The notes: generated from the letters alone by a model not told the origin. Positions 20,447 to 31,007 are shown, counted from the stretch's first letter. The stretch: 64,000 bases of DNA from an uncultured Actinomycetes bacterium (GCA_963779685.1 CAVZZG010000001.1:748102-812101); one strand, 5' to 3'. Program-made: numbers and translations.

Positions 20447-21085
20447 GTGTGGGGCATCGTGGTCGGGCTCGGGATCGCCATGGCTCTGGAGCCGCTGCCG
20501 GTGCTTGCGATCGTGCTCCTGCTGGCCGTCGCGGACGGGCTGAGAAAGGCGTGGTTCTTCTTCCTGGGCGAGGTCATGGTGATGTTCGCGATCGCCGCAG
20601 CCACCGTCGCGTTCCACCTCGAGACGTCGCAGTCGAGCGCGAGCACGGCCGCCGCGTGGGTGACGATCGCCGCCGGCGTCGGCCTGATGGCCGTCGCGGC
20701 TCGCTGGGCCCGGAAGCGCCGCCACGGTTCCGAGGCGTCCAAGCCGAAGTGGATGGCGACGCTCGACCGGATGAAACCGTGGCCGGCATTCCTGCTGGGA
20801 GCGTTCATCCCGCCGTACCTGATCGCCGTCGCGGCCGGCGCGCACATCGTCGGCACCCACCCGAGCCAGGCCCAGGCGATCGCCGGCGTCGTCGTCTTCT
20901 GCCTGATCGGGACGAGCACCGTGTACGTGCCGATCCTGCTCACGCAGTTCTTCCCGGAGCGCAGCGCGCCTGCGCGCGAGCGGACGCGAGCGTGGCTCGA
21001 CCGCAACTGGCGCGTGGTCGTGATCGCGCTGCTGCTGGTGGTTGGCGCCTCGCTCGTCAGTAAGGGAGTCCTGGAACTCGTCTAG
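20447..21085 (+). CDS. Membrane protein, GAP/DUF2910-like (tentative)
   Basis: 212 aa with a GTG start, multiple TM segments and a basic loop ARWARKRRHGSEASKPKW. Confidence 0.55.
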   Translation: MWGIVVGLGIAMALEPLPVLAIVLLLAVADGLRKAWFFFLGEVMVMFAIAAATVAFHLETSQSSASTAAAWVTIAAGVGLMAVAARWARKRRHGSEASKPKWMATLDRMKPWPAFLLGAFIPPYLIAVAAGAHIVGTHPSQAQAIAGVVVFCLIGTSTVYVPILLTQFFPERSAPARERTRAWLDRNWRVVVIALLLVVGASLVSKGVLELV

Positions 21086-21650
21086 GAGTCGGTGCCGCGC
21101 CGACGGCGCCGCCACCACCAGACGCCGCCGACTCCGGCGAGTGCGACGGCGGCGATGCCCGCGACGATCCATCCCCACGGCGTGCTCGTGTCCTCTGCCG
21201 GTGTGACGGCGGCGGCGACGGCCGCTGGATGGTCGATGCCGCTGGTCGCGGGACTCGTCGTCGCCCCGGTGGTCGCGGTGGTTGGGCTCGGCGCACTGGT
21301 CGCCGGCGGCGCCTCGGCCGTGGTCGGCGGCGGCGCGGCTGTGGTGGCGGCGGTGTGGTCGGCGGCTGGACGGTCGTCGGGGGTGGCTCAGCGGTGGTCG
21401 GCGGTGCCTCGGCAGTGGAGGTCGGCGGCGCCGGTTCGGTGGCGGTCGGAGGGCTCGGTGCGGTCGCGATCGGCGGGGCGACGGAGACGGTGGGCGCCGC
21501 GGCCGGCCGCGTGATCGTCGGCACCGTGAGCGTGGTTCCTCCCACCGTCGCGGTACCGCCACCACATGCCGTCGCCGCCGTCAGGACGAGCGCGAACCCG
21601 AGGCCGATGGCAACCTGCCGCCAACTGGTTGGCCTGGCGTTGTCAGTCAT
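21082..21650 (-). pseudogene. Pro/Thr/Ala-rich envelope protein with lipobox-like N-terminus and C-terminal TM anchor, frame-broken near 21340-21390
   Basis: ATG 21650 opens MTDNARPTSWRQVAIGLGFALVLTAATACGGG, followed by a PT-rich tract. That frame degenerates into poly-Arg. Another frame continues TAATTAAPPPTTAEAPP...TPWGWIVAGIAAVALAGVGGVWWWRRRRRGTDS to the stop at 21082. Confidence 0.5.
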
Positions 21651-23388
21651 GACGTGACTCCTCCGGTCGTCTGGGCGAGGCGGCGTCTTCCGCGAGTTGC
21701 GCCTCGACCGCCTCGTAGACGTTGCCGTGGATGTGGTCGGCCCCGATGACGTCGGCCACGCCATCGGTCTCGAGGAGCGCGGCGACGCCGGGCTTCACGC
21801 GGGCCAGGCGGAGCACGATATGGTAGCTGTCTGCGAGGTCGTGGATCTTGCCGAGCGTCGACGAGCCTTGCGAGTCGATGAAGTCCGTGCCTTCGAGATC
21901 GAGCACCAGCGCATGCAACGGCGGCTCGCTGCCGTGGACGACGCTCCGGACGCGTTCCTCGAGTGCGTCGGCGGTGGCGAAGAACAGACCGCCATCCAGC
22001 CGCAGGACGGCGAGTCCGGCGAACGTCTCGTCGCCCGGGTTCTGGTCGGCGTCGCGGAACACCTCCGTGCCTGCCCGGCGGCCGAGGAGCGGCATGCGCG
22101 GCGAGGTCGAGACGTAGATCAGCCAGCCCAGCGAGAGCACGACGCCGATCACGACACCGGCGAGCACACCGAACGACAGCACCCCCAGGATGGCCGCGAC
22201 GGCGATCCAGAAGTCGATCCGGGCGACGCGGCGCAGGCGCCGCAGCTCCGGGCCGTCGATCATCCCGAACACGACAGCGTCGATGATGACCGCGCCGAGC
22301 ACGGCCTTCGGCAGCTGCGCGAAGAGCGGCGCAAGCACGATCAGCGTGAGGAGCACCAGCGCACCCGTGACGAGCGAGGCGACGGGCGTGCGGGCGCCCG
22401 AGGACTCGTTCAGCGAGCTGGCCGAGAGGCTGGTCGAGACTGGCATGCCCTGGAAGAGGCCGGCACCGGCGTTGGCCATGCCCTGGGCGACCGATTCCTG
22501 GTTGACGTCGATCTCGTAGCGGTGGCGGGCGGCGAACGCGCGGGCGTCGCCTGCCGTCTGGGAGAAGCCGATCAGCAGCAGGGCGACGGCGGCGATGATG
22601 ATCGTGGAGGCGTTCTGGGTGAAGAGATCGAGGTCGGGCAGCGCCGGTCGCGGCAGGCCCCGCGGCACGTCGCCCACCAGCGCCACGCCGCGCGCCCCCA
22701 GATCGAAGAGGTGCGATGCGAGCAGGCCGCCGACCACGAGCACCAGCGCGCCGGGAACCGCCGGCGCCAGGAACCGCAAGGCGAGGATGACCGCGAGCGC
22801 GGTCGCGCCGACCAGCAGCGTCGTCCAGTGGATCTCGTCGAGACCGCTGATCCATGAGGTGAACTCGCGCCACGCATTCTTGCCGTCGCCAGAGGTTCCG
22901 GTGAGCTTCGGGAGCTCGCCGATCACGACATCGACTGCGGCACCGGCGAGGAACCCGGTGACCACCGCCTTGGACAGGAACCGCGCGATCCAGCCCATCC
23001 GGAAGACGGCCAGCAGCAGGAAGAGCCCGCCCGAGACCAGCGTGATGGCGGCGACCAGTTGGGCGGCCTGATCGCCGTCGAGGCCGCTGACGATCACCGC
23101 GCCGCCCGCGACGGCCGCCAGCCCCGAGCTCGGCCCGGTCGAGATCTGCCGCGACGTGCAGAACAGCGCGTAGATGATCGCCCCGGCCGCCGCCGCGTAC
23201 AGGCCGTTCTGCAGCGGCACGCCGGCGATGCCGGCGTAGCCGAGGTTCTTCGGCACGATCAGGGCCGTCACCGCGATGCCGGCCATCACGTCGCCGCGAA
23301 GGTACTGCCGGTCGTAGCGCGGCAGCCACTCGAGGGCGGGAACCAGGCGCCGGATGCCGCGAGCGTCCGCCGGGCGGTCGGTACTCAC
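21643..23388 (-). CDS. SulP-family anion transporter with C-terminal STAS domain (intact)
   Basis: 581 aa. Contains LEWLPRYDRQYLRGDVMAGIAV, many TM segments, and a STAS-like LRLDGGLFFATADALEERV...LVLDLEGTDFIDSQG. Confidence 0.9.
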   Translation of the reverse strand: MSTDRPADARGIRRLVPALEWLPRYDRQYLRGDVMAGIAVTALIVPKNLGYAGIAGVPLQNGLYAAAAGAIIYALFCTSRQISTGPSSGLAAVAGGAVIVSGLDGDQAAQLVAAITLVSGGLFLLLAVFRMGWIARFLSKAVVTGFLAGAAVDVVIGELPKLTGTSGDGKNAWREFTSWISGLDEIHWTTLLVGATALAVILALRFLAPAVPGALVLVVGGLLASHLFDLGARGVALVGDVPRGLPRPALPDLDLFTQNASTIIIAAVALLLIGFSQTAGDARAFAARHRYEIDVNQESVAQGMANAGAGLFQGMPVSTSLSASSLNESSGARTPVASLVTGALVLLTLIVLAPLFAQLPKAVLGAVIIDAVVFGMIDGPELRRLRRVARIDFWIAVAAILGVLSFGVLAGVVIGVVLSLGWLIYVSTSPRMPLLGRRAGTEVFRDADQNPGDETFAGLAVLRLDGGLFFATADALEERVRSVVHGSEPPLHALVLDLEGTDFIDSQGSSTLGKIHDLADSYHIVLRLARVKPGVAALLETDGVADVIGADHIHGNVYEAVEAQLAEDAASPRRPEESRHD

Positions 23389-23722
23389 CGGCGGGCGTCG
23401 AAGTCGATGACGTCGGCAACGGGTTCGTCGAGCGTGAGCCTCACGCCTTCAACGCCGCCACCCATTCGGGCGCTCAACTCACCTGCGACCACCAAGCAAC
23501 ACTCTGACAAGGGCACCCTCCGGCGGGTCCATATCGTAAGCCCGCCGCGGCCCTTGCCGGGTGACTCAGCGCGGTGGATCCGACGAATGGTCAGGCTCGG
23601 TTGCGCTGTCGATTGCCTCGGCGCGCGACGTGACGGCGAGCGGCGGAACCGTCTACTGTGTTCCCGATTCACTCCAGCCCGCGGCCGAGCCGCGGCCGGA
23701 GACCCTCGAAGGGAGCTACGCG

Positions 23723-24112
23723 GTGATCCTCGGAAACCTGGGCAACTTCCTCTGGTCGTTGCTCTTCATCTTCTTCATGGTCATGTACTTCATGATCATG
23801 TTCCACATCATCGTGGACATCTTCCGCTCGGATACGAACGGCTTCGGCAAGGCGATGTGGCTCCTGTTCATCTTCGTGCTGCCGGTGATCGGGATGATCA
23901 CGTACCTGATCGCGAACGGCGACGAGATGACGAGCCGCGGCATGCGCGACCAGGCAGCCGCAAACGCCGCGTTCGACGATCGCGTACGGCAGGCGGCCGG
24001 TTCCTCGAGTGCTGGTGCCGCGGCCGAGATCGCGAGCGCCAAGCAGCTCCTCGACGCCGGCGCCATCACCGACGCCGAGTACGCGCAGATCAAGGCGAAG
24101 GCGCTGGCCTGA
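23723..24112 (+). CDS. PLD-nuclease N-terminal (PLDc_N) small membrane domain + SHOCT domain protein
   Basis: GAAGGGAG RBS 7 nt before GTG 23723. The TM pair contains MWLLFIFVLPVIGMITYLI. The C-terminal EIASAKQLLDAGAITDAEYAQIKAKALA is SHOCT-like. Confidence 0.7.
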   Translation: MILGNLGNFLWSLLFIFFMVMYFMIMFHIIVDIFRSDTNGFGKAMWLLFIFVLPVIGMITYLIANGDEMTSRGMRDQAAANAAFDDRVRQAAGSSSAGAAAEIASAKQLLDAGAITDAEYAQIKAKALA

Positions 24113-24243
24113 CCCGCAGCGGTCAATCTGCGGCGGTGAGTGCAGTGGTCGACCGTCCCGGCAGGCCGGACGGGAGGGTTCGCCCTGGCACGCGCTGATG
24201 CGGGAGGCTTCGAAGTGGGACGCGCGCAGCGCGTGACCGGCTC

Positions 24244-25951
24244 GTGATCGGGTCGAGGCTGCGCTCCGCGGTGCCGGGTTGGCGGATGCTTGCCGACTAC
24301 CAGCGGCCGTGGCTGGCAAAGGATCTCGTGGCCGGGGCGGTGCTGACCACGCTCCTGATCCCGCAGGGGATGGCGTATGCCGAGCTGGCCGGGTTGCCGG
24401 CGATCACCGGGCTCTACACGTCCGTGCTCTGCCTGGCCGGGTACGCGCTGTTCGGCCCGTCGCCGATCCTGGTGCTCGGCCCGGACTCGTCGCTGGGTCC
24501 GATGATCGCGGCGACGCTGCTCCCGCTCGTGGCGGCCCAGGGCGATCCGGAGCGGGCCGTGGCGCTGGCCTCGATGCTGGCCCTGATGACCGGTGCGATC
24601 GTCGTGCTCGCGGCGGTGCTCCGGCTGGGCTTCGTCGCCGACCTGCTGTCCAAACCGACGCAGATCGGGTACATGAACGGGTTGGCGCTGACCATCCTCG
24701 TCGGCCAACTGCCGAAGCTCTTCGGATTCAAGGTCGACGCCAGCGGCTTCATCGACGAGGTCCGGGGGTTCGTCGAGGGCGTCGCCGACGGTGACACGGT
24801 CGGCGCGGCACTCGCGCTCGGCCTCGTGTCGCTGGCACTGATCCTCGGTCTCCGCAGGTTGGCGCCGAAGGCCCCGGGCGTCCTGATCGCGGTGGTCGTG
24901 TCGATCGCGGCCGTCACCGTGTTCTCGCTCGTCGAGCACGATGTCAGCGTGGTGGGGAGCCTGCCGTCCGGCTTCCCACCGCTCACCATCCCCGACGTCA
25001 ACGCGAGCGACCTCTCGGTGCTCGCCCTCGGCGCCGTCGGGATCGCCGTCGTCTCGCTCGCGGACACGATCTCGACTGCCTCGGCGTTCGCCGCGCGCAG
25101 CGGCACGGAGGTCGACGGAAACCGCGAGATGATCGGCATCGGCGCTGCCAATATCGCGGCGGGCCTCTTCCAGGGGTTCCCGGTCTCGACCAGCGGCTCG
25201 CGCACGGCTGTCGCCGAGCAGGCCGGCGCCAAGACCCAGGTCACCGGACTGGTCGGCGCAGGCGCGATCGTCCTCGTGATCGTCTTCTTCCCGTCGCTGT
25301 TCCGGAACCTGCCCCAGCCGACGCTGGCGGCGATCGTGATCGCCGCCTCCCTGTCACTCGCCGGACGTTCCGGCCACCGTCCGCCTCTACCGCCAGCGGC
25401 GCGTCGAGTTCGCGCTCTCGATGGCGGCCTTCGGCGGCGTGACGCTGTTCGGGGTCCTGCCCGGGATCGGGATCGCCGTCGCTCTCTCGATCGGCAACGT
25501 GTTCCGGCGTTCCTGGTGGCCGTACCGGGCGGTCCTCGGGCGGGTCGCTGGCGTGCCCGGCTACCACGACCTGCGCGAACACCCGTCGGCCGAACAGCTT
25601 GGCGGCTGCGTCCTGTTCCGCTTCGATGCCCCGGTCTTCTTCGCCAACACCCGCACCTTCCGCGAAGACATCCGCCGGCTGGCCGCCGCCGATCCGCCGC
25701 CGCGATGGATCATCGTCGCTGCCGAGCCGATCACCGATATCGACACGACCGCGGCCGACATGCTCGTGGACCTCGACGAGGGGCTGAACGCCCGCGGCAT
25801 CAACCTCGTCTTCGCCGAGATGAAGTTGCCGGTGCGCGAGAAGATCCACCGCTACGGCCTCACCCGCACGATCGACCCGAACCACTTCTACCCCACGATC
25901 GAGGCTGCCGTCGACGCGTTCCGCGCCGAGATCGAGGGCGACTGGAGTTGA
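24244..25951 (+). pseudogene. Second SulP/STAS anion transporter, single frame break at about 25363
   Basis: The N-terminal 370 codons are intact. At ctc-gcc-G-gac the frame moves +1, then continues DVPATVRLYRQRRVEFALSMAAFGGV... through the STAS domain (VLFRFDAPVFFANTRTF) to the stop at 25951. Confidence 0.75.
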
Positions 25952-25975
25952 CAGTCGTTGGTGACGGTGCGGTGA

Positions 25976-26272
25976 GGCGCCTTGGTGGACGGCGAGCCGG
26001 AGCTGGTGCTGGCCGCCGCGCCCGAGACGTCGATCGTCGCCTTCCGGGCGCGCCCGGCCGGGTGTCCGGCCGGCCGGCTGGACGACCTCAATCGCGCGCT
26101 GCCCGAGGCGGTTCAGGCGCGCGGCCGGACGTTCATCACCGGCACCATCTTCGGTGGCCGCGAGACACTCCGGGCCTGCATCCTGCACCCGGACACGAAC
26201 TCCGAGCTGCTGGCGACTCTCGTCGCGGAGGTCGTCGACACGGCCCGCACGCTCGCCGCGAACGTCCAATAG
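25976..26272 (+). pseudogene. C-terminal remnant (~95 codons) of a group II PLP-dependent amino-acid decarboxylase
   Basis: ELVLAAAPETSIVAFRARPAG...LNRALPEAVQARGRTFITGTIFGGRETLRACILHPDTNSELLATLVAEV reads like the C-terminal small domain of aromatic-amino-acid/glutamate-type decarboxylases. The large PLP domain is absent. Confidence 0.5.
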
Positions 26273-26277
26273 CCCGA

Positions 26278-27018
26278 TCACCAGAGCGGCGCGTCGGTCG
26301 CCGGTGGCTGGTGGCGGCGTACGTAGCGGCGACGGACGTAGCCGGCCGCGATCAGGGCCGCCGCGATGAGCCAGTACACCTCGCCGCTGGTCGAAGTGAT
26401 GCCGTAACCGAGCCGGTATGCCTCGTCGGGAGCGACGATGAGGGCAGTCGCTCCGCCGGTGGTGCGGGCGAGCCTCGGCGCCTGGTCGTGTTCGGCCCAC
26501 GGCGAGACGTCGACTGCATCGTCGAGCAGGCCGGGCGCGATCCAGCTGCGCACCATGACGTCGGTGTCGCCGTCACAGCCGCCGTCGTGGTTGATGCACT
26601 CGGTCGCCCTCCGATACGTGTGGATGCGCAGCGGCGGGAACCAGCCGGTCAGGACGCCCCCCGCGCTGGCATCGCCGACGAGGCGTGAGGCGGGTATGGG
26701 GTGGGCGACGACGCCGAACGGCTGGCAGATCGTCAGCCCGCAGACGGCGAGCAGGGCGACCGCGGCGGTGAACGTTCCCCGCCGCCCGATCGCGACGAGG
26801 ATGCCCGCGGCCAGCAGCGAGAGTGGGAACACGACGAACTCCGCGAGGCCGAGCGCTGTGTCGAGGTCCTCGACCGACATCCGCTGCAGCTCCACCGTCG
26901 GCCCGGTGATCGTCGCCGCGACCAGCACCATCACCGCCACGATCAGTGTCGCCCGCGAGCGGAGCACGGAAGCCAGCCTGTGTCCGAGACGATCCCGCGC
27001 GGGCATCTCCATGGCCAC
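26278..27018 (-). CDS. Hypothetical membrane protein
   Basis: 246-aa ORF with 3-4 hydrophobic segments and a Cys-containing loop (ECINHDGGCDGD). No family recognised. Confidence 0.5.
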   Translation of the reverse strand: MAMEMPARDRLGHRLASVLRSRATLIVAVMVLVAATITGPTVELQRMSVEDLDTALGLAEFVVFPLSLLAAGILVAIGRRGTFTAAVALLAVCGLTICQPFGVVAHPIPASRLVGDASAGGVLTGWFPPLRIHTYRRATECINHDGGCDGDTDVMVRSWIAPGLLDDAVDVSPWAEHDQAPRLARTTGGATALIVAPDEAYRLGYGITSTSGEVYWLIAAALIAAGYVRRRYVRRHQPPATDAPLW

Positions 27019-27103
27019 GACAGTACTCCAGGTGCCGCCGGCTGCTCGTGGTGTCGGCAGGCGGTTGGTAGGTGCCGGTGAGCGGCCTCGTGCAGGCGGC
27101 CCG

Positions 27104-27508
27104 TCAGGTGGCGAGCGCGGCGGTGAGGTCGATCTCGACGAGTTGGCCGTCGAACCCGAGGCACGCGACGCCGAGGAGGGTGCTCGCGGACGTGAATGCA
27201 GGCGCCAGTTCCGATGCCATCAGTCGGTGCCAGACGGCGGCGAGGTCGGCTGTCGCGTCGCTTGCGACGTAGATCCTCGAGCGTACGACGTCAGCCGGCG
27301 TCGCCCCCGCCGCGGCGAGCGCAACGAGGGCGTTTGCAACGACCTGATCGACCTGCGCACCGATGTCGCCGCGTCCGACGAGGCGTCCGCTGCGATCGAG
27401 CGGGCACTGGCCGGCGAGGTACGCCGTCGGGCCGGCGCCGGCGACCGTGACGTGGTGGTAGCCGGGTGTGGCGTGGAGGCCGGCCGGGTTCGATCGGCGG
27501 ATCCGCAT
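27104..27508 (-). CDS. RidA/YjgF-family protein
   Basis: 134 aa. Contains YLAGQCPLD..G.LVG.GDIGAQVDQVVANALVAL...VRSRIYV...LLGV, typical of the endoribonuclease L-PSP fold. Confidence 0.85.
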   Translation of the reverse strand: MRIRRSNPAGLHATPGYHHVTVAGAGPTAYLAGQCPLDRSGRLVGRGDIGAQVDQVVANALVALAAAGATPADVVRSRIYVASDATADLAAVWHRLMASELAPAFTSASTLLGVACLGFDGQLVEIDLTAALAT

Positions 27509-27557
27509 CGTCGTGCGCCAATATAGACTCGCCCGCGCTGGCCGGCGGGGGCGGGAG

Positions 27558-28829
27558 CTATGTCGAGACGTGCGGCTGCGGCCGGTATGCCAGGTAGCCG
27601 CGCTGCGTCGCGATGTGGTCGGCCAGGTGCCTGGCGTCGTGCCACACGCCCCAGATGAAGCTCGATCCGCGCCGCGACAGCCACGGCAGCCCGAGGAAGT
27701 AGACGCCGGGCTCGGCCGACACGCCGCGCCGGTGCCGCGGCCGGCCGCGCTCGTCGAAGGCGTCGACCTGCAGCCAGCCGTAGTCGACGGCGAAGCCGGT
27801 CGCCCAGATGATCGAGGTCACGCCGGCGCTCGCCAGGTCGAGCTCGAGGATCGGATCGGTCACGCAGGCGGGGGCGGGCCCAGGATGCGCGCGTCCGGCT
27901 CCTCGGGGAGGTCGAGGCCGTTGCGCGCGACGTAGGCGTCGGCCTCGTCCAGCAGCGACAGGTAGTTGGCGTCGCCCTTGGCGATGTTGTCGCCGAGATC
28001 CGGCGCGAACCGCATCGCGCCGTCGTCGAACGACAGCGTCCGGCCGACGCAGCGTCATGCCGCGAGCGGCGAGGTCGCGGAAGTCGACGGTGTGGCCGCC
28101 GTCGGCTCCGCTGACCGCGATCGTGACGTGCTCGGCGCCCTGCGCGGGGGTCTCGGCGTCCCACTTGCCGAGGACGCCGAGCCACCAGACAGAAGTCGCG
28201 CCCGCGATAGCGCCGCGGCGGCCGGTCGTGCGGGCCGACCGAGAGGTAGACGCGCCGCCCCGACGCGCAGCAGCTCGTCGGCGATCTGCATGCCCGACGA
28301 TCCCGGCCCCGACCACGAGCACCGCGCCCTCGGGCAGCTGACCCGGGTTGCGGTAGCGCGCTGGAGTGGATCTGCAGTGGGCCCGGCATCGTCGGGAACG
28401 ATCGCCGGGATGACCGGGCGCTGGAACGGTCCGGTCGCGGCCACGACGTAGCGTGGCCTCGATGGTGCCGTCGGACGTCTCGACGCGAAAGCCGGGCCGG
28501 CCGACGTTCCTGCGCACCGACGTCACCTCGACGCCGCACCGGATCGGCGCCGCGATCTTCTCCGCGTAGGCCACGAAGTAGTCCGCGACCCGTTCCTTGG
28601 AGGCGAAGGCGTCGGGGTCGACGTCGGAGAACTCGAGGCCCGGGAACCGGTCGTGCCAGGCGGGGCCGTTCGCGACCAGGGAGTCCCACCGCCCGGAGCG
28701 CCAGCGCTCGGCGATGCGCTGCCGCTCGAGAACGAGGTGCGGCACGCCGCAGCTGCTCAGATGCTCGCTCATGGCGAGACCGGCCTGGCCCGCGCCGACG
28801 ACGAGTACCTCGACCGTTTCGCTCGCCAT
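27558..28829 (-). pseudogene. Flavin-containing (FMO/Baeyer-Villiger-like) NAD(P)/FAD oxidoreductase, at least 7 frame breaks
   Basis: ATG 28829 opens MASETVEVLVVGAGQAGLAMSEHL. The sequence can then be followed through VVAATGPFQRPVIPAIVPDDAG / LQIHSS / RYRNPGQLPEGAVLVVGAG / SSGMQIADELLR / RRVYLSVGPHDRPPRRYRGRDF / WWLGVLGKWD... / VGRTLSFDDGAMRFAPDLG... / VTSIIWATGFAVDYGWL to the stop at 27558. Confidence 0.7.
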
Positions 28830-28982
28830 CCCGTCCTCCGCGCTCAGTGCTGCGGCGAGTGTACCTGGCGCGGGCAGGCCCCGGCGCTGTCCGTACGCGC
28901 CCGGCCTCGCACCCCGCCGCCGTACCGTCGTCGTGATGCAACGATGCGTCTCGAGCGAAGCTGCGGATGACGTCGACGATCG

Positions 28983-30053
28983 ATGAGCGGGCGGATGGAG
29001 GCAGGTTCTGAGATGACCGAGCAACCCAGCCCGCACGGCGACGGCTTCTCGATGCCGCCGGAGTGGGAGCCCCATCAGCTCACGCTGATGTCGTGGCCCT
29101 GCCGGGCCGACAGCTATACCGGGCCCGCCGGTGGCGGTGCCAGCGAGATCGAGCGCGCGAGGCTGCAACAGGCCGCGGTGGCCAACGCGGTGGCCGAGTT
29201 CGAGCCGGTGCTCATGGTCGTGCGGCCCGAGCAGGCTGGCGAGGCACGTCGGCAGTTGACCGCGAAGGTCGACCTGCTGGAGGCGGAGCTCAACGATGCG
29301 TGGATGCGCGACAACGGCCCGGTCTTCGTGCGCAACCCGGACGGTGAGGTCGCGCTCGTGCAGTTCGGGTTCAACGCCTGGGGGGAGGTCTACGACGGGT
29401 ACGCGGCCGACGCCGCCGTGCCCGAGCTGGTCGCCCGGCATCTCGGCGTCCGCCGGTACGTCGCGCCGATGGTGCTCGAGGGCGGCTCGTACGCCGTCGA
29501 CGGCAAAGGGACGCTGATCACCACCGAACAGTGCCTCCTCCATCCGAACCGGAACCCCTCGATGGCTCGCGAGGACATCGAGCAGACGCTCGGCGCCTTC
29601 CTCGGGATCACGCGTGTGGTGTGGCTGGGAGAGGGCCACTACGAGGACTTCTCGACCGACGGGCACGTCGACGACATCTGTCACTTCCTCGCACCCGGCC
29701 GCGTCATCCTGCATGCCCCGACCGACCCCGACCACCCCGACCACCTACGGGGGGTCGAGAACCTCGCCAGACTGGCCGGCGCTGCGGATGCCACCGGGCG
29801 CCGGATCGACGTCGTGCGATTCGACACGGGTACTGCCGCCGGTATCCCGTACCTCAACGTCTACGTCTGCAACGGCGCCGTCATCGCCCCGATCGCCGGC
29901 GATCCCGCCGACCAGCCGGCCATCCGGCAGATCCGGGCGGCATACCCGGGTCGGGAGATCGTGACCGTTCGCGCCGACGTGCTCTTCGCCTACGGCGGGG
30001 GCGGGCCGCATTGCATCACCCAGCAGGTACCCGCAGGCAGGTTCGTCCACTAG
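28983..30053 (+). CDS. aguA: Agmatine deiminase family protein
   Basis: 356 aa. Contains FSMPPEWEPH, NDAWMRDNGPVFV, EGGSYAVDGKGTLITTE, TDGHVDD and the C-terminal GGGGPHCITQQVP with the catalytic Cys. Alternative starts at 28995 and 29013. Confidence 0.8.
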   Translation: MSGRMEAGSEMTEQPSPHGDGFSMPPEWEPHQLTLMSWPCRADSYTGPAGGGASEIERARLQQAAVANAVAEFEPVLMVVRPEQAGEARRQLTAKVDLLEAELNDAWMRDNGPVFVRNPDGEVALVQFGFNAWGEVYDGYAADAAVPELVARHLGVRRYVAPMVLEGGSYAVDGKGTLITTEQCLLHPNRNPSMAREDIEQTLGAFLGITRVVWLGEGHYEDFSTDGHVDDICHFLAPGRVILHAPTDPDHPDHLRGVENLARLAGAADATGRRIDVVRFDTGTAAGIPYLNVYVCNGAVIAPIAGDPADQPAIRQIRAAYPGREIVTVRADVLFAYGGGGPHCITQQVPAGRFVH

Positions 30054-30062
30054 GCTCCATCG

Positions 30063-31007
30063 GTGGTTGCACCGAGCTACGAGGACATCGTCGCCGCGCG
30101 GGCGGCGATCGCGCCGCACGTCGTGCGCACGCCGCTGGTGCCGTGCGAGGCGCTCGGGGTCGATCTGAAGCTCGAGCTCTTCCAGCGCAGTGGCTCCTTC
30201 AAGGTCAGGGGCGCGTTCAACCGGGTCCTGTCGCTCTCGCCGGCGGAGCGTGACCGCGGCGTGATCGCCGTGTCGGCCGGAAACCACGCCGCCGCGCTCG
30301 CGCTGGCCGGCCGCGAGGTCGGTGCCGACGTGCTGGTGCTGATGCCGGCGGCGGCGAGTGCCGCGAAGGTCGAGTTGACGCGCGGCTACGGCGGGCGGGT
30401 CGACCTCGAGTCGGCCGACGCCGCCGAGGCGTTCGCGCGGATGGCGGCGATCAGCGAGGCGACCGGCCGGGTGGTCGTGCACCCGTACGACGACCCGATC
30501 GTCGTCGCCGGCGCCGGGACGGTCGGCCTCGAGATTGCCGACGACGCGCCGGACGCGGATCTGGTGGTCGTCGCGGTCAGTGGCGGCGGGCTGATCTCGG
30601 GCATCCTGATCGCCCTGGCGACGGCGCTGCCGAACGCCCGTGTGGTCGGCGTGCAGCCGCGTGCGTGCGGGACGTTGCCGGCATCCATCGCAGCTGGCGT
30701 GCCGACGCGGATCACGTCGTCGCCGACGTCGGCCGATGCGCTGACGGCGCCCGTTGTGGGAGCGATCGCGACCGATGTGGCCGGCCGGCTCGTCGACCAG
30801 GTCGTCCTGCTCGAGGAGGACGAGATCGCCGAAGGGTTCCGATCGCTGTATGCGCGAGGGAAGGTGGCGTCCGAGGTCGGCGGCGCCGTCGCGGTGGCCG
30901 CGGTGCTGGCGGGCCGGGTGAACGTCGCCGGCGCGCGCCGGATCGTGTGCGTCGTGTCCGGCGGGAACGTCGCGCCCGACGTGGCCGCCGGCCTGCTGGC
31001 CGGGTAG
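30063..31007 (+). CDS. PLP-dependent threonine/serine dehydratase
   Basis: GTG start. Contains the PLP-lysine motif SGSFKVRGA, SAGNHAAALA and VSGGGLISG. Confidence 0.8.
   Translation: MVAPSYEDIVAARAAIAPHVVRTPLVPCEALGVDLKLELFQRSGSFKVRGAFNRVLSLSPAERDRGVIAVSAGNHAAALALAGREVGADVLVLMPAAASAAKVELTRGYGGRVDLESADAAEAFARMAAISEATGRVVVHPYDDPIVVAGAGTVGLEIADDAPDADLVVVAVSGGGLISGILIALATALPNARVVGVQPRACGTLPASIAAGVPTRITSSPTSADALTAPVVGAIATDVAGRLVDQVVLLEEDEIAEGFRSLYARGKVASEVGGAVAVAAVLAGRVNVAGARRIVCVVSGGNVAPDVAAGLLAG

Noticed and set aside
21230-21520. Periodic GGC/GGT/GTC-rich DNA that looks like a tandem repeat or array
   Set aside because: It is the coding strand complement of a Pro/Thr/Ala-rich linker in the envelope protein. 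It is low-complexity coding sequence without regular spacers, and not a CRISPR or VNTR array.
23740-23900. AT-richer patch inside the PLDc_N-SHOCT gene, considered as a foreign insert
   Set aside because: It is explained by the Phe/Met/Ile-rich transmembrane segment (FLWSLLFIFFMVMYFMIMFHIIV). The frame is continuous and the flanks are normal.
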